From: the human T2T-CHM13v2.0 reference genome, Homo sapiens
Reading direction: 5' to 3' (one strand)
Length of the DNA stretch: 64,000 nt
Assembly: GCF_009914755.1 (NCBI RefSeq)
Contig: NC_060932.1
The first letter of the stretch is position 1. Every line of letters starts with the position of its first letter. Of the stretch, positions 26,587 through 40,514 are shown piece by piece. The notes under the pieces are model-generated. The model worked only from the letters and a program-made list of their open reading frames with translations, was not told where the DNA came from and searched no databases. The position numbers and the translations under genes are program-made.

Positions 26587-29500
26587 TCAATTCCCACCTA
26601 TGAGTGAGAACCTGTGGTGTTTGGTTTTCTGTTCTTGCAATAGTTTGCTCAGAATGATGGTTTCCAGCTTCATCCATGTCCCTACAAAGGACATGAACTC
26701 ATCCTTTTTTATGGGTGCATAGTATTCCATGGTGTATATGTGCCACATTTTCTTAATCCAGTCTATCATTGATGGACATTTGGGTTGGTTCCAAGTCTTT
26801 GCTATTGTGAATAGTGCCGCAAAAAACATACGTGTGCATATGTCTTTATAGTAGCATGATTTATAATGCTTTGGGTATATACTCAGTAAAGGGATCACTG
26901 GGTCAAATGGTATTTCTAGTTCTAGATCTTTGAGGAATCGCCACACTGTCTTCCACAATGGTTGAACTAGTTTACACTCCCAAAAACAGTGTAAAAGTGT
27001 TCCTATTTCTCCACATCCTCCCCAGCACCTGTTGTTTCCTAACTTTTTAATGATCACCATTATAACTGGCATGAGATGGTATCTCATTGTGGTTTTCATT
27101 TGCATTTCTGTGATGGCCGGTGATGATAAGCATGTTTTCTTGTGTCTGTTGGCTGCATAAATGTCTTCTTTTGAAAAGCATGTGTTCATATCCTTTGGCC
27201 GCTTTTTGATCAGGTTGTTTCTTTCTTGTAAATTTGTTTATCTTCTTTGTAGATTCTGGATATTAGCCCTTTGTCAGATGGATAGAATGCAAAAATTTTC
27301 TCCCATTCTGTAGGTTGCCTGTTCATTCTGATGGTAGTTTCTTTTGCTGTGCAGAAGCTCTTTAGTTTAATTAGATACCATTTGTCAATTTTGGCTTCTG
27401 TTGCCATTGCTTTTGGTGTTTTAGTCATGAAGTCCTTGACCATGCCTATGTCCTGAATGTCTTAGGTTTTCTTCTAGGGTTGTTATGCTGTTAGATCTAA
27501 CATTTAAGTCTTTAATCCATCTTAAATTAATTTTTGTATAAGGTGTAAGAAAGGGATGCAGTTTCAGCTTTGTACATATGGCTAGCCAGTATTCCCAGCA
27601 CCATTTATTCAACAGGGAATCCTTTCCCCATTTCTTGTTTTTGTCAGGTTTGTCAAAGATCAGATGGTTGTAGATGTATGGTGTTATGTCTGAGGCCTCT
27701 ATTCTGTTCCATTGGTGTATATCTCTGTTTTGGTACCAGTACCATGCTGTTTTGGTTACTGTAGCCTTGTAGTATAGTTTGAAGTCAGGTAGCATGATGC
27801 CTCCAGCTTTGTCCTTTTCGCTTGGGATTGTCTTCTCAATTAGGGCTCTTTTTTGGTTCCATATGAACTTCAAAGTAGTTTTCTCCAATTCTGTGAAGAA
27901 AGTCATTGGTAGCTTGATGGGGATGGCATTGAATCTATAAATTACCTTGGGCAGTATGGCCATTTTCACGATATTGATTCTTGCTACCCATGAGCATGGA
28001 ATGTTCTTCCATTTGTTTGTGTCCTCTTTTACTTTGTTGAGCAGTGGTTTGTAGTTCTGCTTGAAGAGGTCCTTTACATCCCTTGTAAGTTGTATTCCTA
28101 GGTATTTTATTCTCTTTGTAGCAGTTGTGAATGGGAGTTCACTCATGATTTGGCTCTCTGTTTCTCTGTTATTGGTGTATAAGACTGCTTGTGATTCTTG
28201 CACATTGATTTTGTATCCTGAGACTTTGCTGAAGTTGCTTATCAGCTTAAGGAGATTTCGGGCTGAGATGATGGGGTTTTCTAAGTATACAATCATGTCA
28301 TCTGCAAACAGGGACAATTTGACTTCCTCTTTTCCTAATTGAATACCCTTTATTTCCTTCTCCTGCCTGATTGCCCTGGCCAGAACTTCCAACACTATGT
28401 TGAATAGGAGTGGTGAGAGAGGGCATCCCTGTCTTGTGCCAGGTTTCAAAGGGAATGCTTCCAGTTTTTGCCTATTCAGTATGATATTGGCTGTGAGTTT
28501 GTCATAGATAGTTCTTATTATTTTGAGATACCTTCCATCAATACCTAGTTTATTGAGAGTTTTTAGCATGAAGCATTGTTGAATTTTGTCAAAGTCCTTT
28601 TCTGCATCTATTGAGATAATCATGTGGTTTTTGTCATTGGTTCTGTTTATGTGATGGATTACATTTATTGATTTGCATATGTTGAACCAGCCTTGCATCC
28701 CAGGGATGAAGCTAACTTGATCTTGGTGGATAAGCTTTTTGATGTGCTGCTGGATTCGGTTTGCCAGTATTTTATTGAGGATTTTCGCAGCGATGTTCAT
28801 CAGGGATATTGGTCTAAACTTCTCTTTTTTGTTGTTGTGTCTCTACCAGGCTTTGGTTTCAGGATGATGCTGGCCTCATAAAATGAATTAAGGAGGATTC
28901 TTTTTCTATTGATTGGAATAATTTCAGAAGGAATGGTACCAGATCCTCTTTGTGCCTCTGGTAGAATTCAGCTGTGAATCCGTCTGGTCCTGGACTTCTT
29001 TTGTTTGGTAGGCTGTTAATTATTGCCTCAATCTCAGAGCCTGTTATTGGTCTATTCAACTTCTTCCTGGTTTAGTCTTGGGAGTGTGTATGTGTCCAGG
29101 AATTTATCCATTTCTTCTAGATTTTCTAGTTAATTTCCGTAGAGGTATTTATAGTATTGTCTGATGGTAGTTTGTATTTCTGTGGGATCAGTGGTAATAT
29201 CCCCTTTATCATTTTTTATTGCGTCTACCTGATTCTTCTCTCTTCTTTATTAGTGTTGCTAGTGGTCTATCAATTTCGTTGATCTTTTCAAAAACCAGCT
29301 CCTGGATTCATTGATTTTTGAAGGGTTTTTTGCATCTCTAACTCCTTCAGTTCTGCTCTGATCTTAGTTATTTCTTGCCTTCTGCTAGCTTTTGAATTTT
29401 TTGCTCTTGCTTCTGTAGTTCTTTTAATTGTCATGTTAGGGTGTCAATTTTAGATCTTTCCTGCTTTCTCTTCTGGGCATTTAGTGCTATAAATTTCCGT

Positions 29501-30386
29501 CTACACACTGTTTTAAATGTGTACCAAAGATTCTGGTATGTTGTGTCTTTGTTCTCACTGCTTTCAAAGAACATCTTTATCTCTGCCTTCATTGAGTTAT
29601 TTACCCAGTAGTCATTCAGGAGCAGGTTGTTCAGTTTCCATGTAGTTGTGTGGTTTTGAGTGAATTTCTTATTTCTGAGTTCTAATTTGATTGCACTGTG
29701 GCCTGAGAGACAGTTTGTTGTGATTTCTGTTCTTTTACATTTGCTGAGGAGTGCTTTTCTTCTAACTATGTGGTCAATTTTGGAATCAGTGCAATGTGGT
29801 GCTGAGAAGAATGTATATTCTGTTGATTTGAGGTGGACAGTTTTATAAATGTCTATTAGTTCTGCTTGGTCCAGAGCTGAGTTCAAGTCCTAGATATCCT
29901 GGTTAACCTTCTGTCTCGTTGATCTGTCTAATATTGACAGCGGGGTGTTAAAGTCTCCCATTATTATTGTGTGGGAGTCTAAGTCTCTTTATAGGTCTCT
30001 AAGGACTTGCTTTATGAATCTGGGTGCTCCTGTATTGGGTGCATATATATTTAGGACAGTTAGCTCTTCTTGTTGCATTGATCCCTTTACCATTATGTAA
30101 TGGCCTTCTTTGTCTCTTTTGATCTTTGTTGGTTTAAAGTCTGTTTTATCAGACACTAGGATCACAACCCTGCTTTTTTTTGCTTTCCATTTGCTTGGTA
30201 GATCTTCCTCCATCCCTTTATTTTGAGCCTATGTGTGTCTCTGCACATGAGATGGGTCTCCTGAATACAGCACACTGATAGGTCTTGACTCTTTATCCAA
30301 TTTGCCAGTCTGTGTCTTTTAATTGGAGCATTTAGCCCATTTACATTTAAGGTTAATATTGTTATGTGTGAATTTGATCCTGTCAT
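26587..30386 (-). pseudogene. L1 ORF2p (endonuclease / reverse transcriptase / Cys-rich), frameshifted; longest open piece 27421-28800 spans the RT core
   Basis: MTGSNSHITILTLNVNGLN start, [60 protein letters not shown]; split over 7 or more ORFs. Confidence 0.95.
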
Positions 30387-30449
30387 TATGATGTTAGCTG
30401 GTTATTTTGCCCATTAGTTGATGCAGTTTCTTCCTAGCATTGATGGTCT

Positions 30450-31466
30450 TTACAATTTGGCATGTTTTTGCAGTGGCTGGTACTGGTTGTTCCTTTCCAT
30501 GTTTAGTGCTTCCTTTAGGAGCTCTTGTAAGGCAGGCCTGGTGGAGATAAAAACTCTCAGCATTTGCTTGTCTGTAAAGGATTTTATTTCTCCTTTACTT
30601 ATGAAGTTTAGTTTGGCTGGATATGAAACTGTGGGTTGAAAATTCTTTTCTTTAAGAATGTTGAGTATGGCCCCCCACTGTCTACTGGCTTGTAGAGTTT
30701 CTGCTGAGAGATCAGCTGTTAGTTTCATGGGCTTTCCTTTGTGGGTAACCCAACCTTTCTCTCTGGCTGCCCTTAACATTTTTTCCTTCATTTCAACCGT
30801 GGTGAATCTGACAACTATGTGTCTTGAGGTTGCTCTTCTCGAGGAGTATCTTTGTGATGTCCCTGTATTTCCCGAATTTGAATGTTGGCCTGCCTTGCTA
30901 GGTTGGGGAAGTTCTCCTGGATAATATCCTGAAGCGTGTTTTTCAGCTTGGTTTCATTCTCTCTGTCACTTTCAGGTACACCAATCAAATGTAGATTTGG
31001 TCTTTTCACATAGTCCCATATTTCTTGAAGGCTTTGTTTCTTTTTACTCTTTTTTCTCTAAACTTCTCTTCTCGCTTCATATCATTCATTTGATCTTCAA
31101 TCACTGATACCCTTTCTTCCACTTGACCGAATCAGCTACTGAAGCTTGTGCATGCGTCACGTCGTTCTCATGCCATGGTTTTCAGCTCCATCAGGTCCTT
31201 TAAGGTCTTCTCTACACCATTTACTCTAGTGATCCGTCTCATCTTTTTTCAAGGTTTTTAGCTTCCTTGTAATGGGTTCGAACATCCTCCTTTAGCTCAG
31301 AGAAGTTTGTTATTACCGACCTTCTGAAGCCTACTTCTGCCAACTTGTCAAAGTCATTCTCTGTCCAGCTTTGTTCCGTTGCTGGTGAGGAGCTGCAATC
31401 CTTTGGAGGAGAAGAGGTGCTCTGGTTTTTAGAATTTTCAGCTTTTCTGCTCTGGTTTCTCACCAT
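30450..31466 (-). pseudogene. L1 ORF1p, disrupted
   Basis: MVRNQSRKAENSKNQS; KRPNLHLIGVPE; MKEKMLRAAREKG; YPAKLNF; RPALQELLKEAL. Confidence 0.95.
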
Positions 31467-32795
31467 CTTTGTGGTTTTATCTACCTTTGGTCTTTGATCA
31501 TGGTGACCTAGAGATGGGGTTTTGGTGTGGATGTACTTTTTGTTGATGATGGTGTTCCTTTCTGTTTGTTAGTTTTCCTTCAAACAGTCAGGTCCCTCAG
31601 CTGCAGGTGTGTTGGAGTTTGCTGGAGGTCCACTCCAGACACTGTTTTCCTGCATACCACCAGCAGAGGCTGCAGAGCAGCAAATATTGCAGAACAGCAA
31701 ATATTGCTGCCTGATCCTTCCTCTGGAAGCTTCAACTAAGAGGGGCACCCAGGTGTATGAGATGTCAGTTGGCCCCTAATGGGAGGTGTCTCCCAGTTAG
31801 GCTACATGGGGGTCAGGGATCTACTTGAGGAGACAGTCTGTCCGTCCTCAGAGCTCAAACACCATGCTGGGAGAACCACTGCTCTCTTCAGAGCTGTCAG
31901 TCAGGGATGTTTAAGTCTGCAGAAGTTTCTGCTGCCTTTAGTTCAGCTATGCCCTGCCCCCAGAGTTGAAGTCTACAGATGCAGGCAGGCCTCAGTGAGC
32001 TGCGGTGGACTCCACCCAGTTCGAGTTTCCCAGCCGCTTTGTTTACCTACTCAAGCCTCAGCAATGGCGGAGCCCCTCCCCCAGCCAGGCTGCCGCCTAG
32101 CAGTTCAATCTCAGACTGCTGCGCTAGCAGTGAGCAAGGCTCCATGGGTGTGGGACCCACTAAACCAGGCATAGGATATAATCTCCTGCTGTGCCATTTG
32201 CTAAGACCATTGGAAAAGCGCAGTGTTTTGGTGGCAGTGTCGCGATTTTCCCAGTACGGTCTGTCACAGCTTCCCTTGGCTAGGACAGGGAAATCCCTGG
32301 ACTCCTTAGGCTTCCCAGGTGAGGCATGCCCCACCCTGCTTCAGCTCGCCCTCTGTGGGCTGCACCCACTGTCCAACCAGTCCCAATGAGAAGAACCACA
32401 TAGCTCAGTTAGAAATGCAGAAATCACCCGTCTTCTGTGTTGATCACGCTGGGAGCTGCAGACTGGAGCTGTTCCTATTTGGCCATCTTGGAACAGAACT
32501 GTTGGGGACATTTCTAAAATTGGCAATATACTGATCGCCTTAGGACCAAATCATCAAGATCTACTTCTGTAAGAGACGTAGTCAAAGAACAACATGCAGC
32601 CATGGAAAACTGAGTGGGCTGGAGGAGTGATTGTATATACAAAATGGATCTGGGCTGTGTTTAAAGCAAACTAGTCAGTTCCCCAAGACCATTATGGGAC
32701 ATAGGAGAGCCATAGTACTCCCATTTGTAGAAATCCAAACCCACCCCACATCATAAAAATATCATAAAGGTATGCTTAATCCACAGTATATATAC

Positions 32796-33092
32796 TTTTT
32801 TTTTTTTTTTTTTTTTGGAGACAGAGTCTTACTCTGTCGCCCAGACTGGAGAGCAGTGGTGCAATCTCAGCACGCTACAACCTCTGCCTCCTAGGTTCAA
32901 GCAATCGTCCTGCCTCAGCCTCCTGAGTACCCTGGACTACAAGCATGAGCCACCGCATCTGGCTAATTTTTGTATTTTTAGTACAGACGGGGTTTTGCCA
33001 TGTTGGCCAGGCTAGTCCCGACCTCAAGTGATCCACCTGCCTCAGCCTCTCAAAGTGCTGAGATTACAGGTATGATTCACCACACCTAGCCC
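32796..33092 (-). mobile_element. AluS
   Basis: Dimer; TSD cacagtatatatact/cacattatatatact. Confidence 0.93.
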
Positions 33093-33803
33093 ACATTATA
33101 TATACTTTTTAATTGAAAATTTAAAATGTATTTACATTTTTACTTTTACTTTTGTAAATTACATTGTAATTTACACTCGACTCTGATATTTTGGTACTCA
33201 TTAGGCCTCCTCAGGAATTTTTGTAAAGTGAAAAAAGGCTAGCCTGAAGTTGTGCTTGAATGTAATAAGCTTTTTATAAGTATTAAATTCAGCATTTAGT
33301 AACACTAACATATATTTGTGGACATTTAGTCAAATATTTTTCAAGCTCGATTTTGCAGCTTTCTTGGAATATACTGAAGCCAATGATTATATTTTCAGGT
33401 CTCAAGCCTTAATAAGTTAAAATCTCTTAGATTGTAAGCCTTCTAGCTACCTGGTCTCATGGTAGCAACAGAAAGGTACTGAGAAGTGCTACACACTTCA
33501 GGGAAGTTTTTCTATGGTGTGGACTTGGGGGACCCTGGCCACTGACAGAGGCACAGGTCTCTGTTTCATTAGCGTGACTTTAGTGCTGTGGCTTCAAAGT
33601 CTGGCAAAGAAAGAAATGCAGAATCCAATCAGACATCATTTGATGTATTTGAAAAATTCAGCCTGGACTAAAAGAAAACAAATTAAACAACAAACAAAAA
33701 TCAAGATCCAATCAAGCCATGAAGCAGACCAAGTTAGGCTGCTTTGGGCTGGGAGCCGGCTGACTGAAATCAGATGGAAGACTTAGGGACAGGTATAACC
33801 AGG

Positions 33804-34236
33804 GACTATGGTTTGGATATTTGTCCTCTCCAAACCTCATGTTGAAATTTGATCCCCAATGTGTTAGAAAGTGGGGACTAATGGGAAGTATTTAGATCAT
33901 GGGGGTGGATCCCTCATGAACAGATTAATTACCTCCTTCCAGCATGAGCAAGTTCCCACCACTCTATTCCTTCCTATGATAGCTGGTTGTTAATAAGAGC
34001 CTGACACCTCCCTCCTCCCTCCCTTGCCTCCTCCCTTGTCATGTGATCTATTTACACATGCTGGCTCTCTTTCCACCTTCCACCATGAGTTGAAGCAGCC
34101 TAAGAACTTCACCTTGTACAGATGCCCAGTCTTGAACTTTCTAGCCACCAGAATCGTGAGCTAAATAAACCTCTTTACTTTATAAACTACCCAGTCTCAA
34201 GGATTCTGTTATAGCAACACTAAATGGACTAAAACA
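33804..34236 (+). mobile_element. MSTB-like MaLR solo LTR
   Basis: ctatggtttggatatttgtcc...gttatagcaacactaaatggactaaaaca; TSD ccagg. Confidence 0.88.
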
Positions 34237-34349
34237 CCAGGAGAATGAAATCCTAATTGAAAGAAACGTTCCTGAAATCCCATATTATAGAAACCATGAA
34301 AGGGGGCTCAGCATGTCATTAGTGGCCTGGGAGATCACTCACCTTGCAG

Positions 34350-34830
34350 GGGCTCCAGTTAGCTACTGTATAACAAACTACCCTGAAACTTAGTACTTTA
34401 TAACAACAATTGTTACTTTTATATTTCACAGTTTTGTAGGTGAGGAATTCAAATGGAGTTCTGCAGAGATGGTTTGATTCAGAAGTACAGTGTCTGGACC
34501 CCCAGCTAGAATGAATGGTTCAGGATTGGGAGAGTGGGACCGACCAGGCATCTCTCTCCACACACATCATTTCCACATAGCTAGTTTGGGCTTCTCCAGG
34601 ACATGGTGACCTGAAGCTGGTCAAGCATCTTACATGGCAGCTGGCTTCCCTCAGTGTGAACATTCCAGGAGACCAGATGCCAGTAGCATTTTATTTTTGC
34701 CAATTCTATTGGTTTCACATAAAACCAATTTGGAGCCATAGTACCAGGCCAGATTTGAGAACAGGCACTACACAAGGATTTGGGTTCCAAGAGGCATGGC
34801 TCATCCGGAAGCCATTCTTGGAGACTGTTG
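34350..34830 (-). mobile_element. Old MLT1 LTR
   Basis: gtataacaaactaccctgaaacttagt...ctagtttgggcttctccaggacatggtg. Confidence 0.65.
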
Positions 34831-36059
34831 AGTTTCTCATCTTGGCTCAATTATCTAATTAGTAAGTGCTGCAAGTCCCTGAGGATGGTGACCCCAATTC
34901 ACCTAAGACAGTAAAACATTTAATCCTGGAAGAACTTAGAATGAAGTAAAGAGAGATAGTAAATCAAATGCTCAGTAATAACTTGGGGCTAAATTTAGGA
35001 ATAATTCATGCATTTGATGTTTAAAGTGTTATGTTTAAGAGAATTTGGCATATTTGTGTGTCTGACAGATTAGCTCTGTGATTCCAATTTAAAATATATA
35101 ATTAATTTGTTTTACAGCTTGAGATTTTTGGTCAAAAGGAATAAGAGAACAGGTTTGTGAACAATACTGGAATGTTTAAGGGTACTTGGGATTCACTGTA
35201 TTTTAAAGATTGTTTTAATTAGATTTAGGGGAATGGGTAGGTAAAGACGATGTGCTTTTTAGGCTAGCCATTCCAAATGTTCCAAAAGAAATCAAGTATA
35301 TTACAATTACAAAACCAGCTTAAAACATTTGAAAAAATAAAATTAAGTCATAAAGTTGATTATTTAGGGTATTTTCATTATTCAGTATAAGTTGATTACA
35401 TGGTAATCAAAAACTTCCTTAAAAATTATTTTTAAAGCTTACTGTATTTATAATTAGAATAAAATGAATTTAAAGTTTAATATCAACTAGGGGGCTTAAA
35501 GAGAACTAGGATTTAAAATTATTACAGTAATAAATTAAAAATTATTTTTGTTCAAAGTAGCCACAAATAGTCTTCATTGTGCACAAAGCCATCCATGCAC
35601 ACTAAGCGAACACATATCTTCTGATTCCATTTTATTCCTCCCCACTCCTTGAAACCCCAGCAGTCTCTGCCTTATTATCTCATAATTATCATACATGGTG
35701 CTAATCCTTGTTAGTCTATTAAGAGTAGAAGTATTGACTTCTAATTTAATACTCCTTGAAAAAGAATGTGGTCTCAGAGGCAGATAATCAGAAGGTATGT
35801 TTGGGAGACTGTACATTCCCACACAGATCCATGGTTGGGGGCCTGAAGTTTATGTAATTAGGGAGAGCGAAACTCTTTAAGAAAAATAACCATCACGAAA
35901 TTAGTGGTAAAAACCAACAGCTATTTACAGAATAAGAAGTCATAATAAATTATAAATTTTAAAAATTCTGCAAAATTATAAAGTCTAGAGAAATATTACT
36001 GCCTGATTTACTCCGTAATACGTTTTTTTCTTTTTTTAATTAGATTTTAGAATTTACTA

Positions 36060-37250
36060 CAGAGGTACAGTTAATCAAGATTATGTAGCACTGGCATAAG
36101 GACAGACATGTATGTAAAAGGAACAGAATAGGATGTCCAAAAAGCAATGCGCACAGATAACAAATTGACCTTTAACAAACGTTCCAGGGTAAGTCCTTAG
36201 AGAAAGGACACTACGTTCAACAAGTGGTGATATCTTGGACAACTTGTACCAAATGCATCATTATCCATTTCTTGTACCACATACAAAAATCAACTTGAAC
36301 CAAAAAAGTGTAAAAACCAAAATGGTAACATTTCTAGAATAAATAAAAGAAAATTTTTGCGTTCTTATTATTTACAAATAGTTCATATATAGGATGTAAA
36401 ACTATAAACCATAATAGAAAGCAACAATAAATTAGTCATCATCAGTAAATATTTTTTAAAAATAAAAGCATAAGCTGTGGTCTGGGAGACCATATTTACA
36501 TAATACATGTCTGATAAAGATTTTAATTTCAAAAAATATAAAGGACTTTTACAACCAAAACCATACATGTGCAAATGAAGAGATATAAATGGCAAAGCCA
36601 GAAATGAAACGACGCCTAAAGTCACTAGACATTATAAAAATCAAAATCAAAATCTCATTGAGCTACATTACACACTACCAGAATGATAAAAATTAAAGAC
36701 AAGAACAGAAACAGACAATGCAAATGCTGGCAAGGATATGAAGATGCCAGATCTCTCACATGATGTTGGGAATGCAGTGGGAAAACTAACCCAGAAAACA
36801 ATCTGCAAGTGCCTTTTGTATTCCAACAAACACTTACCAAACAACGCAGCGATCTCACTTTTTGTGTTTATTAAAGAGCATACGTATATGTGAATATTCA
36901 TAGCACTTTTATTAAAAAGTATCAAAAATTGAAACTATATGTCCATCAAGTGAGGAATATATACATAAACTGTGGCACAGACAATAGAATACAAGTCAAC
37001 AATCAAAAGGGACAAAGTATGGTACATGCAGCAACATGGATGATTCTCACCAGCATTACGATAAGTGAAAGAAGCCAGACACAGCAGGTATATAGTGTAT
37101 GGTTTCACTTATATGACATCTGAGAAAAGAAAAATCATTGAGGACAGAGATACTATCCTTGATTATGAAGGGCTGGAGTTTGGGGGAAGGGTATTAGCTA
37201 CAAAATGGCAAGAGGGAATTTTTTCAGATGACGGAAATGTTCCATATCTC
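36060..37250 (+). mobile_element. Ancient L1M ORF2 end / 3'UTR
   Basis: actggcataaggacagacat..., tacacactaccagaatgataaaaattaaa..., atgcagcaacatggatgattctcac. Confidence 0.7.
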
Positions 37251-37712
37251 ACCACTATTCATCTCCAGAACTCCTTTCATCTTGTAAAACTGAAAATCTA
37301 TACACATTAAACAATAACTCCTGATTCTCCCCCTCCCACCAGCTCCTGGCAACCACCATTCTATTTTCTATCTCCATGATTTTGACCACTCTAAGTATTT
37401 CATACAGTATTTGTCTCTGTGACTGTCTTGTTTCACTCAGCATAATGTTCTCAAGATTCATCCATGTTTTATCATATGTGTGAATGTCCTTCCTTTTAAA
37501 GACTGAACAATATTCCACTGTATGCACATCCCACTCTCTGCCCATCCATTCATGGACACCTGGGTTGCTTCCATGTTTTAGCTCTTGTGAACAATGCTGC
37601 CACAAAAATGGGTGTACAAATGTCTCTTCACATTCCTGCTTTTACTTGTTTGGGGTACAGACACAGAAGTAGAATTGCTGGATACTTTGATAATTTTGTT
37701 TTTAATATTTTT
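37250..37712 (-). mobile_element. L1MB-type 3'UTR fragment
   Basis: catctccagaactcctttcatcttgtaaaactgaaa...cctggcaaccaccattcta; peptide WMNLENIMLSE. Confidence 0.8.
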
Positions 37713-37714
37713 AT

Positions 37715-38225
37715 TAAGTACTGTGAATAACAAATTACTCCAAGATGTTGTGGCTTAAAACAACAACAATCACTTATTTTAATGATTTCTTTGCAAAAGG
37801 AATTCAGATGGGGTAGAGAAATGACAGCTTATCTCAGTTCATCTGTGCCTTAGCTGAAATATTTGAAGATTGGGAGCTGAAATCATCTGAATACTTCTGC
37901 TCTTTCATTTGGGCCTACCTGGGGCTGCCGGCTGGACACCCACACATGACTTCTGCATGTGGCCTGGATTTGCTCACAATGTGATAGCTGGATCCCATAG
38001 GCAAGTGTTCTTAAGGAAAGAGAGCCAGGATAAAGCTGTACTTTTTATCATCTATTCTCAGGAGTCATACAGTGTCAATGCTCTGTATTTTACCGATTGA
38101 GACAGTGACAGTTTTGCCCATGTTCAAGAGGACGTAACATAGACTTCCTGATGGAGAAATTCCACTGTCACGTTATAAGAAGAGCATATTGGATGGGATA
38201 AACATTGGCACATTCAGTCTGTCAC
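37715..38225 (-). mobile_element. Old MLT1 LTR
   Basis: taacaaattactccaagatgttgtggcttaaaacaacaac...catgtggcctggatttgctcacaatgtg. Confidence 0.6.
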
Positions 38226-38729
38226 CATGATCATATGGCATATGTCTAATTGTGTTAAATTTAAAAAAAATTATTTGAATTTCACTATATATGTGAAATA
38301 TACTAATTGTGATTTAATTGAAAATTACTGAAAACATAAAGATTTTTTAAAATTCTCCCACAATTGTCTGAGCAAGACATAACCGCTTTGAACATTTTTG
38401 AGTGTTCCTTGTGATATTTTTTTAAAAACACACAGTTGGAGTCTAAAATGCAACATTTTGATGAGACCAAGTTGATATCTCTACTTTGGCCACTTGGGCT
38501 ATTTTGACTACAATTGCATACACTATATAAAATGGCCTCATTGACATATAAAAGCACAATTTAAACAACTAGTGAGTAATCTATGCAATAACCCTCTATT
38601 CTGTGTCTGACAACCACCCACTCCTCCTCCTACACTTCAGCCTCAGCCTAACCCAAAGTGAAGGGGTAGAATAAGGCTTCAGGGATGAGGCAAGAAAGTT
38701 TGCTTTCCATTTTACCTAATGTATTTTTG

Positions 38730-39150
38730 TTTTCTTTTAATTTTTTGTTTTAAATAATTTTAAATTTACAGAAAATTTGCAAAAATAGTACAGAAAGTTT
38801 CCAATTACCCTTCACATAGTTTTCCCTAATGTTAACATCATCTATAACCACAGTACCATTATCAAAACCAGGAAATTAACACTAATACAATACTATTAAC
38901 TAACCTACAGACATTGAGTTTCACTAGTTTCCCCACCAATGTGCTTTTTCTGGTTTATGATCCAATCCAAGATTTCACATCCTATCTAGTTGCCGTGTCT
39001 CTTTCATCTCCTCTATGACAATTCTTAGTCTTTCCTTTTCTTTAATGACTTTGACACTTGAGGAGTCCTGGCCAGTTATTTTGTAAAACATTCCTTCAAT
39101 TTGGATTATCTGATGTGTTTCAATTTGGATTATCATAGTGTTTCCCTGCT
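38730..39150 (-). mobile_element. L1MC/MD-type 3' end
   Basis: aatttacagaaaatttgcaaaaatagtacaga...cctaatgttaacatc. Confidence 0.7.
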
Positions 39151-39459
39151 ATGACTGACTGTATGCATATTTAGTTTATCCTTATTTCACAAAAGGAGTC
39201 GAAAATGGAAAAAAAAAAAAAAGCCTTCATCCTAGTAACAAGAACTTATAAACTCAGAATGGAAATAGAAATGTCAAAATTTATTATTTCAGCCTCAATG
39301 AGACGTTCATTGGGTTCAAACCAGATTACTACAGGTTCACTTGTAAAAGAGCTTTGCAAAGCACCTTCTACCTTTAGTTTCTTCATTTACTAAACAGAGA
39401 TAACATTTACCTTACCTCAAGAATGTTGCAAATTTCCCAGGGTGCATCAGATATGAACA

Positions 39460-39742
39460 TTTTTTTATATTGTATTTTAAATTTTGGAGACGGGGGCTTG
39501 CTCTGTCACCCAGACTGGAGTGCAGTAGCACAATCCTAGCATACTGCAAACTTAAGTCCGTGGGCTCAAGTGATCCTCCTTCCTCAGCTTCCTGAGTAGC
39601 TGTGACTACAGGAGCACACCACCACACCAGCCTCCGGCTAATGTTTTGTTTTGTTTTGTTTTGTTTTGTTTTGTTTTGTTTTAAAGATATGGGGTTTCAC
39701 TGTGTTGCCCAAGCTGGTCTCGAACTCTTAGCCTCAAGCAAT
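39460..39742 (-). mobile_element. AluJ, 5'-truncated, with (TTTTG)n in linker (39643-39682)
   Basis: Alu arms with about 8 copies of ttttg. Confidence 0.88.
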
Positions 39743-39833
39743 CACTGCCTTGAGCCCAGGAGGCTGAGGCTACAGTGAGCTGTTACTGTGAGATGTTCAC
39801 ACATACATGCATACACACACGTTAATGTGGAAA

Positions 39834-40326
39834 GGAAACCACTTCAATTATCCCATAGAACTGATGCTTATGGTTTCTTTTGAATAAACATAGAAATTGA
39901 CCCTCCCAGTCTTAAAACTTGAGAAAGTTACACTTATCTGAGTTCCTTTCTCAGGAAACTAACCATCAGGACTCCCAGATAGTATCAGGGAACTGAAACT
40001 TACCAGATTATCACATCTGGACAATGAGAAGCCAGACCCTTCACCCACCACGACTGCCTGACCACCTGCTTCCTATTGACCAATTCCTCTTCCTTACCAC
40101 CCGCCCCACCCCCATTCCTGTTTTCCTGCATATCATTACATTCCTTCCCTGCTATATAAAACATTGATTTTAGTGGGTCCGAGAGAAGAATTTGAGACTG
40201 ATCTCCCATCTCCTTGACCGCAGCATATTAAAGCCTCCTTCCCTGGCAATACTCATTGCCACAGTGATTGGCTTTCTGTGCAGCAAGTAACAGAACCTAG
40301 ACTGAAACCCTGGCATTTCAGTAACA
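39834..40326 (+). mobile_element. ERV1 (MER4-group) solo LTR, LTR26/LTR36-like
   Basis: TATA (gctatataaa), attaaa poly(A) signal, terminus aacctagactgaaaccctggcatttcagtaaca. Confidence 0.7.
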
Positions 40327-40514
40327 GAACGAGTGCATGATGTATGTGTAGGTATGGCTACATAGTTTATTTGTATATTTATTCATTTCATTCACACTTC
40401 GATTGTATGTGGCTATTAAGTTTCACCAGTGCTTCTTAACTTGCCTTAGGTGATTGCTGGTGGAATGATAGCGTAACATTTACTCAGAATTTAAAATAGA
40501 ATTTACTCCCAACA

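Larger units (their letters stand above)
26364..32499 (-). mobile_element. Full-length (about 6.1 kb) L1PA6/7-like LINE-1, inactive
   Basis: 5'UTR start (rc of gctgttcctatttggccatcttgg), ORF1 and ORF2 remnants, 3'UTR; 16-bp TSD tgttagtgacatttct (26348-26363)/tgttggggacatttct (32500-32515); endonuclease-type TTTT/AGAAA site. Confidence 0.98.

Noticed and set aside
31527-32534. Several 70-136 aa ORFs on both strands
   Set aside because: They lie in the GC-rich L1 5'UTR; no evidence of coding function.
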